Source: an uncultured cyanobacterium
Lineage (GTDB): Bacteria > Cyanobacteriota > Cyanobacteriia > Cyanobacteriales > CAWCAG01
Direction of reading: 5' to 3'
DNA length: 64,000 nucleotides
Assembly: GCA_963803805.1 (NCBI GenBank)
Contig: CAWDOD010000008.1
Location: 64,001 to 128,000 of the forward strand
Part shown: piece by piece, positions 31,221-43,000 of the stretch
Layout: each line of letters opens with the position of its first letter
How positions within the stretch are numbered: position 1 is the stretch's first letter
The notes under the pieces: generated by a model
The model's database searches: none
Told to the model about the DNA's origin: nothing
The model's input: the letters and a program-made list of their open reading frames with translations, nothing else
Position numbers and translations under genes: made by a program

Positions 31221-32336
31221 CTAACAAATGCTAGGTAAGCGAACAATAAACTCACTCCCTTTCCCTAACTCTGATTCTACTTCAATAGTTCCTTTGTGGG
31301 TTTCAAGAATACGACGAGAAAGATGTAATCCTAAACCACTACCAGAAAGATTATGATTGCCTTGACGGAATCTCTGAAAAAGATTTTTCTGCTCTTCTAG
31401 GGAAATACCAGGTCCAGTATCTTGAACTTTCACAACTACCCAGTTAGTGCCATCCTCTGGCTCAGTTTGTGTTAGTAATTCAATTTTTACAGAACCGCTA
31501 TCAGTAAACTTAATGCTATTACCAATTAAGTTAGTAAATACCCGACGTAACTCCAGATGATCTCCTTCTACAGGATTGTATTGTTGGTAAATTTTATAGT
31601 CAAGTTCTAAACCTTTTTCTTCAGCTAAGGGGGCAAGTTCCGGAACAATCTCGGCAATCAACTTATCTAAATTAATAACAGAAAAATGCAATTGCTTGCG
31701 CCCAGCTTCATAGCGATAAACCTCAAGCATTGTATTCACCATTTCTAGCAAATTACGGTTACTGCGGGCCATTACTGTAATCGCTTCTACCATATTAGGG
31801 GGTAAATCCCCTAAAGCACCCTGTTGAAACAAAGACAGCATTCGATCTGCTGCAACCAAAGGAGTACGCATATCGTGGGTAAGACGAGACACAAAATCTT
31901 CTCGCTGACGAGCAATCTGATCTCTTTCATCTACACTATGTTTAAGTCTCAGTAGCGATCGCACCCTAGCCAGTAATTCATCAACTTCTACTGGTTTACG
32001 GATAAAATCATCCGCGCCACTATCTAACCCTTTAACAGCACTAGGTTCATCATGGGCAGTAATCAGCAAAATGGGGATAAAGGGCAAGTTACGATTTTCA
32101 CGAATGCGCTTAGTAACCTCCAACCCATCCATTTCCGGCATCATCACATCTAGTAATACCAAATCTGGTGGGGATTGTTCCACTCGCACTAAACAATCTG
32201 CCCCATTAGTAGCCAAAGTTATGTCATATCCTTCTTCTTCTAAGATGCTTTGTACTAAAAACAAGTTATCGGCAGAATCATCAACAACTAGAATACGGTA
32301 GGTTTTAGTAGACTGCTGAAAAAGAGAAGATTCCAT
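31221..32336 (-). CDS. Hybrid response regulator / histidine kinase
   Basis: Receiver (VVDD, LLDVMMP), H box THDMRTP, N and G boxes. Confidence 0.93.
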   Translation of the reverse strand: MESSLFQQSTKTYRILVVDDSADNLFLVQSILEEEGYDITLATNGADCLVRVEQSPPDLVLLDVMMPEMDGLEVTKRIRENRNLPFIPILLITAHDEPSAVKGLDSGADDFIRKPVEVDELLARVRSLLRLKHSVDERDQIARQREDFVSRLTHDMRTPLVAADRMLSLFQQGALGDLPPNMVEAITVMARSNRNLLEMVNTMLEVYRYEAGRKQLHFSVINLDKLIAEIVPELAPLAEEKGLELDYKIYQQYNPVEGDHLELRRVFTNLIGNSIKFTDSGSVKIELLTQTEPEDGTNWVVVKVQDTGPGISLEEQKNLFQRFRQGNHNLSGSGLGLHLSRRILETHKGTIEVESELGKGSEFIVRLPSIC

Positions 32337-32346
32337 AGGAAGATAA

Positions 32347-32370
32347 AGTAATAAGTAATAAGTAATAAGT
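32347..32370. repeat. Heptamer tandem repeat (AAGTAAT)
   Basis: Three to four copies, STRR-like. Confidence 0.6.
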
Positions 32371-32490
32371 TAAGTCCTATAATTGCCTATTCCCTATCAC
32401 CATTAGCCATTAGCAACTATCAAACAACAACTATAAACTTCTTTTCATCTACCTCAATTGTGAGATAGTGTTTTTTGTGCAGGAAAATTT

Positions 32491-34239
32491 CTACTGCAAC
32501 ACTTCTTCCAATTGATGCTGCTGCCACAGAGAACGATATAAACCAGGAAGATTAAGAAGTTCTTCGTGGCTACCAGTTTGAACAATTTCTCCTGCGTCCA
32601 TAACTAAAATACGATTAGCGATCGCTGCTGCCGAAAGTTGATGGGAAATGAAGATAACTGTTTTGTTTTCTACTCCTCCTGAAAGGTTTTGTAGAATCTG
32701 GGTAGCAGTTTGATTATCAACGCTAGAAAGAGCATCATCAAGAATCAAAACTGGTGCATCCACCAATAATGCCCTCGCCAAAGAAGTTCTTTGTCTTTGC
32801 CCCCCTGAAAGAGTAATTCCCCTTTCTCCTACCAAAGTTTCGTACTGCTTGGGAAAACTGAGGATTTCTGGGTGAATTTGAGCTTGCTTAGCAGCGTATT
32901 CTACTTCTAACAACTCTTGGGCTGGATCACCGTAACGAATATTATTTTTAATTTTAGTACTGAATAAAAAGCTTTCTTGGGGAACATAGGCGATCGCCGC
33001 CCGTAAGTCTGCTAATTGCAGATTGGCTATATCGTAACCATCAAGGAAAAGCTGTTCGCTATCAATATCCAATAAGCGAGGTAGGGCATTAGCTAAAGTT
33101 GATTTTCCTGAACCAATAGGACCAACAATTGCCACCGTTTCCCCTGGTTGGATCACAAAACTAACCTCCTTGAGAGCCGGTTCATTGGCTCCTGGATAGG
33201 TGTAACTAAGCTTATCCGCCTTAATTTGACCTTTGACATCTTTTAGAGGCAAATAAAGCGAACCCAGAGCATCTTTTACCTGGGGTTGTACTCGCAAAAT
33301 TTCTTCTACCCGCTCAATACTAACTTCCCCCCTTTGGTAAGCCGTAATCGTAAAACCAAGCAAAGCTGTAGGAAAAGCAAGCCTTTCTACATAAATCAGT
33401 AAAGCAATAAAATCTCCCACTGTAATATCACCCCTAGCAATCGCCCCTGAACCTAACCAAAGAATGATTAAAAGACTAAACAATGCCAGCCCTTCTACCA
33501 CAGGAAATAATAAATTTCTTGTCCTTGCCAACCTCAAATTCGCTGCCAATAAACGCTGATTTTTTTCGTGGAAAGCAGAGCGTTCATTCTTTTCTTGAGC
33601 ATAAATCTTAATTAAAGAAATACCGCTCATATCTTCTTGAATCAATTCGCTCAAATCAGAAAGTCTTTCTTGCACCTTTTTTTGCTGCTTCCCTAAAGTT
33701 TTACTAAATATTTGTACAATAGTTAGCATCAAAGGATAAATAGCCACAGCCATAAGAGTTAACCTCACATGGATAGACAACATCACCGGCAAGGTTAGAG
33801 TATAGGCAAAAAAAGTATTTGCCAAACTTAAAATAGCAAAACCCAATAACCGGCGAACATTATCCACATCACTAGTTGCCCGGTTAATCAAATCTCCAGA
33901 AGTATTGGTAGCAAAATAAGCTGGTTCAAGTTGTAAAAGATGCTGAAAAATCTTCTGTTTAAGGTCAAATTCCACCTGTCGCCCAATACCAAATAAAGTC
34001 ATGCGAGAAAACATACGCATAACTAACATAATTGAGGCTAACAAAAGGATAAGTAGAGAATAGCGCCAAAGCTGCTCCATACCAAAATCAGTTTGGAGTT
34101 GGTCAATACTATCCTTAATTAACAGAGGAATGTAGATTCCTATACCATTAACAACTAAAAGAGCGACGATACCTAAAAAAACCTGTCGCCAATAGGGGCG
34201 CAGATAATTACCTAATTTCTGTAGCTGTGAGTTACCCAT
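32491..34239 (-). CDS. ABC transporter, fused permease/ATPase (MdlA-like)
   Basis: TM domain, GPIGSGKS, LSGGQ, LILDD. Confidence 0.93.
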   Translation of the reverse strand: MGNSQLQKLGNYLRPYWRQVFLGIVALLVVNGIGIYIPLLIKDSIDQLQTDFGMEQLWRYSLLILLLASIMLVMRMFSRMTLFGIGRQVEFDLKQKIFQHLLQLEPAYFATNTSGDLINRATSDVDNVRRLLGFAILSLANTFFAYTLTLPVMLSIHVRLTLMAVAIYPLMLTIVQIFSKTLGKQQKKVQERLSDLSELIQEDMSGISLIKIYAQEKNERSAFHEKNQRLLAANLRLARTRNLLFPVVEGLALFSLLIILWLGSGAIARGDITVGDFIALLIYVERLAFPTALLGFTITAYQRGEVSIERVEEILRVQPQVKDALGSLYLPLKDVKGQIKADKLSYTYPGANEPALKEVSFVIQPGETVAIVGPIGSGKSTLANALPRLLDIDSEQLFLDGYDIANLQLADLRAAIAYVPQESFLFSTKIKNNIRYGDPAQELLEVEYAAKQAQIHPEILSFPKQYETLVGERGITLSGGQRQRTSLARALLVDAPVLILDDALSSVDNQTATQILQNLSGGVENKTVIFISHQLSAAAIANRILVMDAGEIVQTGSHEELLNLPGLYRSLWQQHQLEEVLQ

Positions 34240-34456
34240 GCTACAAATTTAACAAGTTTTATATTATTCGTGGGGAAAAGATGGCTTGAGCTTATCTACG
34301 CAGCAAAAAAAAAACTTTGTCAATATGTCTTAAGTATTCTATTTCTTCCAACAACCTCTTACTTATGTAAGACAATTATTACGAATTAAGAAATTAATTG
34401 AAAATGGCTTAAAATCTCTGTATCGTCTAAAAAATAACGTACAGAGGTAATTATCT

Positions 34457-34615
34457 ATGTCTCTTTATACTATCTTGATAATAGCTTTAATTGTATTCTT
34501 AATTGCATCTTTACCTGTATATCCTTATAGCCGGAGATGGGGATACTATCCAACAGGTGGATTAGGAGCAGTGGTACTTATCTTGCTCATTTTAGTGCTT
34601 TTGGGTGTTATTTAA
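34457..34615 (+). CDS. DUF3309-family small membrane protein (52 aa, absent from ORF track)
   Basis: MSLYTILIIALIVFLIASLPVYPYSRRWGYYPTGGLGAVVLILLILVLLGVI; GAGG RBS. Confidence 0.85.
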   Translation: MSLYTILIIALIVFLIASLPVYPYSRRWGYYPTGGLGAVVLILLILVLLGVI

Positions 34616-34774
34616 TAACTACTAAGCTAAAACGCATTTAAACTAGCATTTAAGGCGTTGGTAATTTTGAGTATGATTGTTATTTGCTGGCGATCACCAA
34701 ACCGTTGAAGTGCAAATACTTCAGATTATTAAGTTTTTGTTTTCATACCTTTATTGACCAACGCCGACTTTTTT

Positions 34775-35082
34775 ATTGGCTAAAATCACAGATTATTATT
34801 TCTTTGCCCACCTTTTTCATATACTTCTTGTTTACTCACAATAAACAATCCGCTCATTGCTTTCTCTGCAATCCAAGGGCTAGATTGATCTTGAAGATTA
34901 TTTATTGAGTTTCTCTAAATAGAATCGGAATAAGTAATCAAATGCAGTACCAACTAAGCCGTGGTTTTCGTATGTGGCTCAACCAGCAAAGTCTTATTTT
35001 TATCTAACTTAGGGACTGCAAAAGTAGACTGGATTTCGTTTTTGAGTTCTTTGTCTGTTTTGATAAGTGAGGTAAGGCTCAT
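34775..35082 (-). pseudogene. Frameshifted remnant of an unidentified protein
   Basis: Successive frames give MSLTSLIKTDKELK / HGLVGTAFDYLFRFYLEKLN / SPWIAEKA. Confidence 0.5.
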
Positions 35083-35280
35083 GTTTTTTATTTATCTTGC
35101 GATCGCGTTCTAGGATTTTAGCTTCAAACTTATGGCGAACCTGAGATTCATAGATTTTCTGATTCAAAAAAATCTCTAGTCTTAATTAGGGCAATACATC
35201 TTCACTTAACAATCTCTTCGTCTTGCTCAGACAAAATTAGTTAATCTTAGAGTATAAATAAAAAAATATCTCCAAAATTA

Positions 35281-35496
35281 ATGGATAGTAAGCAAATAGC
35301 TGATTACATTGAAGCCACAGACGGTATTTCTAAACCTTGGTTATTAGTACAACTACGTCTTAAGAAACTTCAAGAAAGGCGAGGAGAAATTTCTCAACAA
35401 GAGTATTTGCAGCAGCTAGAAGATATTCATCAAGATTTAATAAAGCTAGGAAAATGGTGGAAAGGCAGAGAGGGAGAAGTTTTCGGGAATGTGTGA
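35281..35496 (+). CDS. Small cyanobacterial hypothetical protein
   Basis: YIEATDGISKPWLLVQLRL...LGKWWKGRE, upstream of ppk1. Confidence 0.75.
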   Translation: MDSKQIADYIEATDGISKPWLLVQLRLKKLQERRGEISQQEYLQQLEDIHQDLIKLGKWWKGREGEVFGNV

Positions 35497-35553
35497 GGGA
35501 GAGGAAGCTCATAACTGAATCATTGATAACTGATAACTGATAACTGAAACATC

Positions 35554-37722
35554 ATGGGGCAATCTAAACCTAAAACTCCTAAAAAAGAACTTGATCTTGG
35601 GGATAGTAAATATTACTTCAATCGGGAACTAAGTTGGTTAGAGTTTAATCGGCGAGTTTTACATGAAGCCATCGATTCTCGTACCCCTTTATTAGAACGA
35701 CTTAAGTTCATGGCTATTTTCAGTTCTAATTTAGACGAATTTTTCATGGTGCGGGTAGCTGGTTTAAAACAGCAAGAAAAAGTTGGAGTTAGCAAAATTA
35801 CTGCTGATGGCCGCACTCCCACAGAACAATTGCGAGATATTAGTAAAAAATTAGCACCCCTAGTAGAACAACAAGATCAGTATTTTGAGTCAGAATTGCG
35901 GCCCTTATTAGCGACAGAGGGGATTAATTTATTTAACTATACAGACCTTAACCAAAAACAAAGAGCTTATATACAAAGTTACTTTGAAGAACATATCTTC
36001 CCTGTTGTTACTCCCTTAGCTGTTGATCCTAGCCATCCTTTCCCTTACATTTCTAACCTCAGCTTAAACTTAGCGGTGGTAGTTAAAAATCCGGAAACTG
36101 AAGAAGAATTATTCGCCCGTATCAAAGTTCCCAAGGTTTTACCACGCTTTGTCACTTTGCCAGAAGATTTACGCCAACGTCATAAGGAGAATAAAAAGGC
36201 AATTTGGGCGGGGATTCCTTTGGAACAAGTAATTTCCCATAACTTAGAATCACTGTTTCCTGGCATGAATATCCAAGAATGCCATCCTTTTCGGGTTACT
36301 CGTAATGCAGATATAGCCGTTGAAGAAGATGAAGCTGATGATTTATTGCTAGCTATTGAAGAAGAATTGCAAAAAAGGCGCTTTGGTGGTTCAGCCGTTC
36401 GCCTAGAATTAACCGGTTCAACCCCAGATAGTTTACGGGAAATGCTGGCAGAAGAACTCTTTTTAAAAGAGGAAGATGTTTATCTGTGTTCTAGCTTTTT
36501 GGGTATGTCCGACTTGATGAACCTCATGGAAATACCCCGCCCTGATCTTAAGCACCCGATTTGGCATCGTGCTATCCCTCCTCGCTTACAAAGAGTTGCT
36601 GAGAGTCATGAAGGCAATGACGGGGAAGAAGAAAATAGTTTCTTTGATGTTATTTCCCAAGGCGATTTGCTGGTTCACCACCCCTATCATTCTTTTAGGG
36701 CGACTGTCCAAAGCTTCATTACCCAAGCGGCACATGACCCTCAAGTGCTAGCAATTAAAATGACTCTCTACCGTACTTCAGGGGATTCTCCTATTGTCCA
36801 AGCCCTTATTTCAGCGGCCAGAAATGGTAAGCAAGTAGTAGCCTTGGTGGAACTAAAAGCCCGCTTTGATGAACAAAATAACATCCTTTGGGCTAGAAAG
36901 TTAGAACAGGCTGGAGTTCATGTGGTTTATGGGTTAGTGGGGTTAAAAACCCATACAAAAATCACCTTAGTAGTACGTCAAGAAAAGAATAAAATTCGCC
37001 GCTACTTCCATGTGGGAACAGGAAACTATAATCCTAAAACGGCTAAATTATATACAGATTTAGGACTATTAAGTTGTCGAGAAGAGTTGGGTGCAGACTT
37101 AACAGATTTATTCAACTACCTCACAGGTTACTCTCGGCAAAAATCTTACCGCAAACTATTAGTAGCCCCGGTGAATTTGCGCGATCGCATGACAGCTTTG
37201 ATTAAACGAGAAACCGAACAAGCTAGCCAGGGAATTGAGAGCCGTATTATTGCCAAAATGAATTCTTTGGTAGACCCCCAGATTATCACTGCCCTCTACG
37301 AAGCTTCCCAAGCAGGGGTTAAAATCGACTTAATCGTTAGGGGAATCTGTTGCTTGCGCCCTGGAGTCAAAGGAGTGAGTGAAAATATCCGCGTTATTAG
37401 CATAATTAGTCGTCTGCTGGAACATTCTCGCATCTTTTATTTTCATAATGGAGGAGAAGATGAAATGTATATCGGTAGTGCCGACTGGATGCGTCGTAAC
37501 TTAGACAGGCGAGTAGAAGCGGTAACGCCAGTTGAAGATTCAGAAATTTTCCAAGACCTACAAGGAATCTTAGAAATTATGCTAGGGGATCATCGCCATG
37601 GTTGGGAATTGCAAACCGACGGTAACTACAAACAAAGAAAACCAGAAAACGAAGCTAATAGCTTAGGTTCCCAAGAAACTTTGATGAATATGGCCTGGGA
37701 GGCTGTCCATGTTAATTATTGA
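35554..37722 (+). CDS. ppk1: Polyphosphate kinase 1
   Basis: NRELSWLEFN, NLDEFFMVRVA, ELKARFDE, LKTHTK, LEHSRI. Confidence 0.97.
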   Translation: MGQSKPKTPKKELDLGDSKYYFNRELSWLEFNRRVLHEAIDSRTPLLERLKFMAIFSSNLDEFFMVRVAGLKQQEKVGVSKITADGRTPTEQLRDISKKLAPLVEQQDQYFESELRPLLATEGINLFNYTDLNQKQRAYIQSYFEEHIFPVVTPLAVDPSHPFPYISNLSLNLAVVVKNPETEEELFARIKVPKVLPRFVTLPEDLRQRHKENKKAIWAGIPLEQVISHNLESLFPGMNIQECHPFRVTRNADIAVEEDEADDLLLAIEEELQKRRFGGSAVRLELTGSTPDSLREMLAEELFLKEEDVYLCSSFLGMSDLMNLMEIPRPDLKHPIWHRAIPPRLQRVAESHEGNDGEEENSFFDVISQGDLLVHHPYHSFRATVQSFITQAAHDPQVLAIKMTLYRTSGDSPIVQALISAARNGKQVVALVELKARFDEQNNILWARKLEQAGVHVVYGLVGLKTHTKITLVVRQEKNKIRRYFHVGTGNYNPKTAKLYTDLGLLSCREELGADLTDLFNYLTGYSRQKSYRKLLVAPVNLRDRMTALIKRETEQASQGIESRIIAKMNSLVDPQIITALYEASQAGVKIDLIVRGICCLRPGVKGVSENIRVISIISRLLEHSRIFYFHNGGEDEMYIGSADWMRRNLDRRVEAVTPVEDSEIFQDLQGILEIMLGDHRHGWELQTDGNYKQRKPENEANSLGSQETLMNMAWEAVHVNY

Positions 37723-37912
37723 GGTGAAATCAGGAAAGATAATGGGTAATGGCTAGTTGCTAGTTGCTAATGGCTAATGGTTATTGCTCCTAGCTCCCTA
37801 GTAGTATGTCAGCCTATGATTTTGGGGTTACAAGGATTACTGACCTCTGGCCTCTAGACCCTTTCCCCGTTAATTGAAAATTGACACACTGCTACCTCCA
37901 CACTCCAAACCA

Positions 37913-39754
37913 ATGACGAAACTGATCGGTGGTAATTATCAATTTATTAAAGTGCTTGGTATGGCTGAATTAGTCCACACCTACTTAGTGGCTGATCTGC
38001 ATATACCAGGACATCCTCAGTGCGTCATTAAGCGCTTGCGGCTTCCTGGCAAGTATCCGAAAACCCTAGAGTTAATCTTCAACCTATTAGAAAAAAAAGC
38101 TGCCCTTCTAGAAAAAGTTGGTTGCCATGATTGTATACCAGCAACTATCGCTTTTTTTGCGGAAAATCAGGAATTTTATTTAGTACGAGAATATATTTCC
38201 GGTCGTTCTTTGGCTACAGAAATTGTTCCGGGTAATCCCCTCTCAGAACAAGAAGTTATTTACATTCTCGAAGAAATCTTAGAAATTTTAATTTTTGCTC
38301 GTCAAAATAGGGTTATACACTACTCAATTAAACCTACTAATATTATTCGTCACCATCCGGATGGGAAATTAGTCTTAACAGACTTTGGTACTATTGAGGA
38401 CACTATTGAGCAACTTATGCACTCCCAAGGAGAGAATGTTCAACTCACCAAGGAAGAGAGTTTGTATACCCCACCGCCAGAAATCAGGGGAAAAGTTGCC
38501 GACAACAGCGATATTTATGCTTTGGGTATAACGGCAATACAAGCCTTAGTTGGGCTATCAACCGAAGAATTAAAAGAGTTAAAAAATATTTCTTGGCGCG
38601 ATCGCATCGAAGTAAGAGATGAGTTAGCAGCGATTTTAAATAAAGCCATTCACCCCCAAAGGAAAGAAAGTTACCAAACCCCCCAGGAGATGCTAGAGGC
38701 TCTCCAAGACTTACCTAATTCAGACTCTGCTTTAGCTTTAGAAACCCAAGTCCCTACTGCAAAAAAAAACTCTCGCCAAAACTCTTTACAATTACCAACT
38801 TCTCTTCTAATCGGCGTAATAGCTATTATTGCTATTTTTGGTACAGCTTATAGTAGCGGGCTGCCCCAGAAATTACTTGCTCGTTACTATTTCAACCAAG
38901 GTATTAAATCCGAAAAAGAAAATCAGGAATTACAAGCCCTGAAAAACTATAATACTGCTATTGCAATGCAACCTAACTACTCTAGAGCTTTTTATAAAAG
39001 AGGTTTAATTCGTAGTAGTCAAGGTGAGTTGCAAGCCGCTTTAGCGAATTTAACCCAAGCCATTGAAATTAACCCAGAAGATGCAGAAATATATTATCAA
39101 CGGGGTAATTTGCGCTTCCAACTCGGAGATGTTCAAGGAGCAGAAGTTGATTATAGCGAGGCGATTAAACTGAACCCCCAATTAGTAGAAGCCTATGTCA
39201 ACCGAGGTAGTGTTTACGCAGAGATGGGAAAGGAAGAAAAAGCTGTTGAAGATTATAGTCAAGGGATTAAGATTGACCCCCAATTAGCTGAACCTTACCT
39301 CAATCGTTGCTTTTCTCGTTCTAACCTGGGGGATCAAAAAGGAGCAATCACCGATTGTACCGAAGCCATTAGCCTCAGCCCTGATGATGTTTTAGCCTAT
39401 CAAAATCGTGGCTTAGCACATCGCCGTCTAGGGGATATCCAAAGTGCGATCGCCGATTATAATATCGCTATTCAGCTTGATGATAGCGATGCAGATCCCT
39501 ACTACAACAGGGGTTTAGCCCGCTCTGACTTAAAAGATTTTCAAGGTGCGATCGCCGATTATACAGAAGCAATCAAGCGCAACGAAGATCATGCCTTAGC
39601 TTATTATGAAAGAGGCTTAGCTTATCAAACCTTGGGAAATATTGAAGGGGCGAAAGAAGATTTTCAAACCACTTCTCAAAAATGCTTAGATTTAAGTCAA
39701 TTAGGTTGTTATAAAGATGCCCAGTATCAACTAGAATCTTTGGCAGGAAATTAA
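37913..39754 (+). CDS. Degenerate Ser/Thr kinase - TM - TPR protein
   Basis: Kinase fold with HYSIKPTN and DFG, TM helix, multiple TPR repeats. Confidence 0.85.
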   Translation: MTKLIGGNYQFIKVLGMAELVHTYLVADLHIPGHPQCVIKRLRLPGKYPKTLELIFNLLEKKAALLEKVGCHDCIPATIAFFAENQEFYLVREYISGRSLATEIVPGNPLSEQEVIYILEEILEILIFARQNRVIHYSIKPTNIIRHHPDGKLVLTDFGTIEDTIEQLMHSQGENVQLTKEESLYTPPPEIRGKVADNSDIYALGITAIQALVGLSTEELKELKNISWRDRIEVRDELAAILNKAIHPQRKESYQTPQEMLEALQDLPNSDSALALETQVPTAKKNSRQNSLQLPTSLLIGVIAIIAIFGTAYSSGLPQKLLARYYFNQGIKSEKENQELQALKNYNTAIAMQPNYSRAFYKRGLIRSSQGELQAALANLTQAIEINPEDAEIYYQRGNLRFQLGDVQGAEVDYSEAIKLNPQLVEAYVNRGSVYAEMGKEEKAVEDYSQGIKIDPQLAEPYLNRCFSRSNLGDQKGAITDCTEAISLSPDDVLAYQNRGLAHRRLGDIQSAIADYNIAIQLDDSDADPYYNRGLARSDLKDFQGAIADYTEAIKRNEDHALAYYERGLAYQTLGNIEGAKEDFQTTSQKCLDLSQLGCYKDAQYQLESLAGN

Positions 39755-39851
39755 GTTTTTAGTTTCTAAAAATAATCTTTAAAGTTTTGTTTAAGACTAT
39801 CCTCTTCGTACTAGACAATGCTATTGATAATCCTGCGTTAGAATCTAACCT

Positions 39852-39897
39852 AATGCTATATCCCAATTAAATTAAATGCTATATCCCAATTAAATTA
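39852..39897 (+). repeat. Perfect 23-bp tandem duplication
   Basis: AATGCTATATCCCAATTAAATTA twice. Confidence 0.9.
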
Positions 39898-40001
39898 GGG
39901 GATAATTTTTATAGCAAAAATTACCTTTTACCCTTTACCCCTAAATAAAAAATTGACGGGTAAAAGGGTACTACTTCTTTGAATAGGGACTATTAAAAAT
40001 A

Positions 40002-43000
40002 ATGATCCGCAAGAATACCACTACCTCTTCAGGCGAAAATAACTTTTTCATAGTCAGTATCGGCGCTTCCGCTGGTGGTGTCCAAGCCTTAGAGTCATTT
40101 TTTGGTAACGTCCCAGATCACCCCAATGCTGCTTTTGTCGTCGTACAGCATCTTTCTCCCAATCACAAAAGCATGATGAGCGAGATTCTTCAACGGCAGA
40201 CAGCAATGCCTGTACAGGAAGTAGAAGATCAAATGCCCTTGGAGCCAAGTAAAGTTTATGTTTTGCCTCCTGGGAAAAGTTTAGTCTTAGAAAATTGCTC
40301 CTTACGCCTCCAAAAAAAATCAGAAGCACGCAACTATCCTATTAATCAATTTTTCCAATCTTTAGTCGAAGAATGGGGAGAGCGAACCATCGCTATTCTT
40401 CTTTCAGGTACTGGTAACGATGGAACAGAAGGATTACAAGCGGTTAGCAGAGCCGGAGGAATTGCTTTAGTGCAATCTTCAGAAACGGCCCAATTTACTA
40501 GTATGCCTAGTAGCGCTATTCCCTCTGGTTTAGTCGATGAAGTCCTTTCCCCCCAAGATTTAGCCCAAACCGTTTTTGAGTTAATTCGCTTTTCAGAAAA
40601 CTTTCCTAACTCCACAGCAGAAGAGGCTAGTTTAATTGATCCTGATCTGTTGCAAAGAATTCTTGATGTGCTTGCTGAGCGGGAAGAAATTGACTTCTCC
40701 CATTACAAAGTTAGCACCCTAAGCCGCCGCATTCACCATCGCTGCGCCTTAACCAGGAAAAGTAGCTTAGAAGATTATATTGGTTTCCTAGAAGATTCTG
40801 AAGAAGAGCAGAAATTGTTGCGTCAAGATTTACTTATTGGGGCAACCTGCTTCTTTCGCGATCGCAGCGCTTGGGAATTTCTTGAAACTAAAGTATTACC
40901 AAAAATAATTGCTGAACTACAACCCCAACAACAACTAAGGGTTTGGGTTTCAGCCTGTGCCACAGGGGAAGAAGCTTACTCAATGGCGATTTTGGTAGAT
41001 GAAGCCATTCGCAGAGCAGGAAAATCAGTACAAGTGAAAATTTTTGCTACTGATCTAGATACCAATGCCCTAGAGGTAGCTGCTCAAGGTATTTACCCCG
41101 AAAGCATTGCCAGTGATATTTCTCCAGAGCGTTTAGAATACTACTTTACCTCTGACAGCAACAACTTTAGGGTTAAGCGATCTCTAAGGGAAATGCTGAT
41201 TGTTGCCCCTCACGATCTGACTAAAAATGCAGGCTTCTCCAAAATGAACTTGGTAAGCTGTCGCAATGTTTTAATTTATATGCAACCGCAACTACAACAA
41301 CAGGTTCTGCGTTTACTGCATTTTGCTTTAGGTTCCCATGGAGTTCTATTTTTGGGCAGTTCCGAAACCCTAGGGGGTTTAGAAGAGGAATTTACCCCCC
41401 TAAATAACAAGTGTAAAATTTTTCGCAAACGGCGGGATAATCAACTATCCTTAATGCCCATTACTAGGCAAACTATCGTTACCCCCATCCACCAAGCATC
41501 TAGCCGTTCAAAAAGTAGGCAACAGCAACTAGACAGGCTTTTAGGAGAAGTATTTAAGTATTGTTTATCAGAGCGGCAAATTACCTGCTTATTAGTTAAT
41601 CAAAATAATCAACTGCTGCGGGTTTTTTACAATGCTGCTCGTTTATTAGAATTTCCCGTTGGGCAGCCAGTTTTAGATGTTACTGAAATCGTTCATCCTA
41701 GTTTAAAGCTTCCTCTTAGTACCGCCTTACATCGCACTAAGCGAGACAAAACCCCAGTCCTCTATACAGGAGTTAAACTAGAAAGAGATGGTGAACAACG
41801 AAATATTAGCCTGCGGGTAGGCATAGATGAAAGTAGTCGCCACAGCGAAAACCATCGCATTGTGGTTTTAGAAATAGAAGAACAACCAACCCCAGTTTCC
41901 ACTGTGGCCCTCGCTTTTGACCTAGATACAGAAGCGACTCAGCGTATCACCGAGTTAGAATACGAACTGCAACAGACTCGTGAGAATTTGCAAGTTACCA
42001 TTGAAGAATTAGAAACTACCAACGAAGAACAGCAAGCAACCAACGAAGAATTACTAGCTTCTAATGAAGAGTTGCAAAGTACTAACGAAGAACTCCAGTC
42101 AGTTAACGAAGAGCTTTATACAGTTAATGCAGAGTATCAGTCTAAAATTCAGGAACTGACACAGCTTAACAATGATATTAATAACTTACTCCGTAGCACT
42201 AATATTGGTGTTGTCTTTCTGGATCGGGATTTGAATATTCGTAAATTTACCCCTGCAGCAACCCGTGCCATTAATATTAAATCAACAGATATCGGCCGCC
42301 CCTTAGCAGATATTACCCATAACCTAAGCTGTTCTGACTTACTCGAAATTCTCCAGCAAGTGGCAGATACAGAAGAACCAGTAGAGCAAGAAGTCTGTTT
42401 TGCTGATTCCGATGAATGTTCCTTAATGCGGGTAAATCCCTATTTTCAAGACAATGCTGGTAGCAATGGTGTGGTAGTTACTTTTGTTGATATTGATGAG
42501 TTAAAGCGAGTACAAGATGAACTTTATCAAGCTAATGAAATTTTAGAAAATCTCTATGCTACTAGTCCTGTCGGTTTATCTTTGCACGATAAAGATTTAA
42601 AGTTTTTGCGTATCAATGAAGCTCTTGCTGGCATTAATGGTTATTCTATCGAAGAGCATTTAGGTAAAACTTTACAAGAGCTTATTCCTGAGTTAGCACA
42701 GCAGGTTGAACCCTTACTGCGTCAAGTAATAGAGACTGGTGAAGCGATTTATGGCATAGAAATTTGTGGTAACACAGCAAGAGATTCCAGTCAAGAGCGC
42801 CATTGGATAGGTAGCTACTATCCTGTTGATTTTCTGCGGGATGGGTTGGGAGTTGGTGCTGTAGTTGTGGAAATAACTGAGCGAATTCGCTCTGAAGAAG
42901 CCCTAAAACGCAGCAAAGCAAAGCTTTTACAAGCACAGCGCTTAGCTCAAGTGGGCAACTGGGAATGGGTAATAGAGGAAGGAAAAGAACTAAATGAGGC

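Noticed and set aside
32491-34239. ABC transporter as the RiPP exporter
   Set aside because: No C39 peptidase domain, 10 kb away, in a housekeeping context
34684-34908. 74-aa plus-strand ORF
   Set aside because: Antisense to a pseudogene remnant
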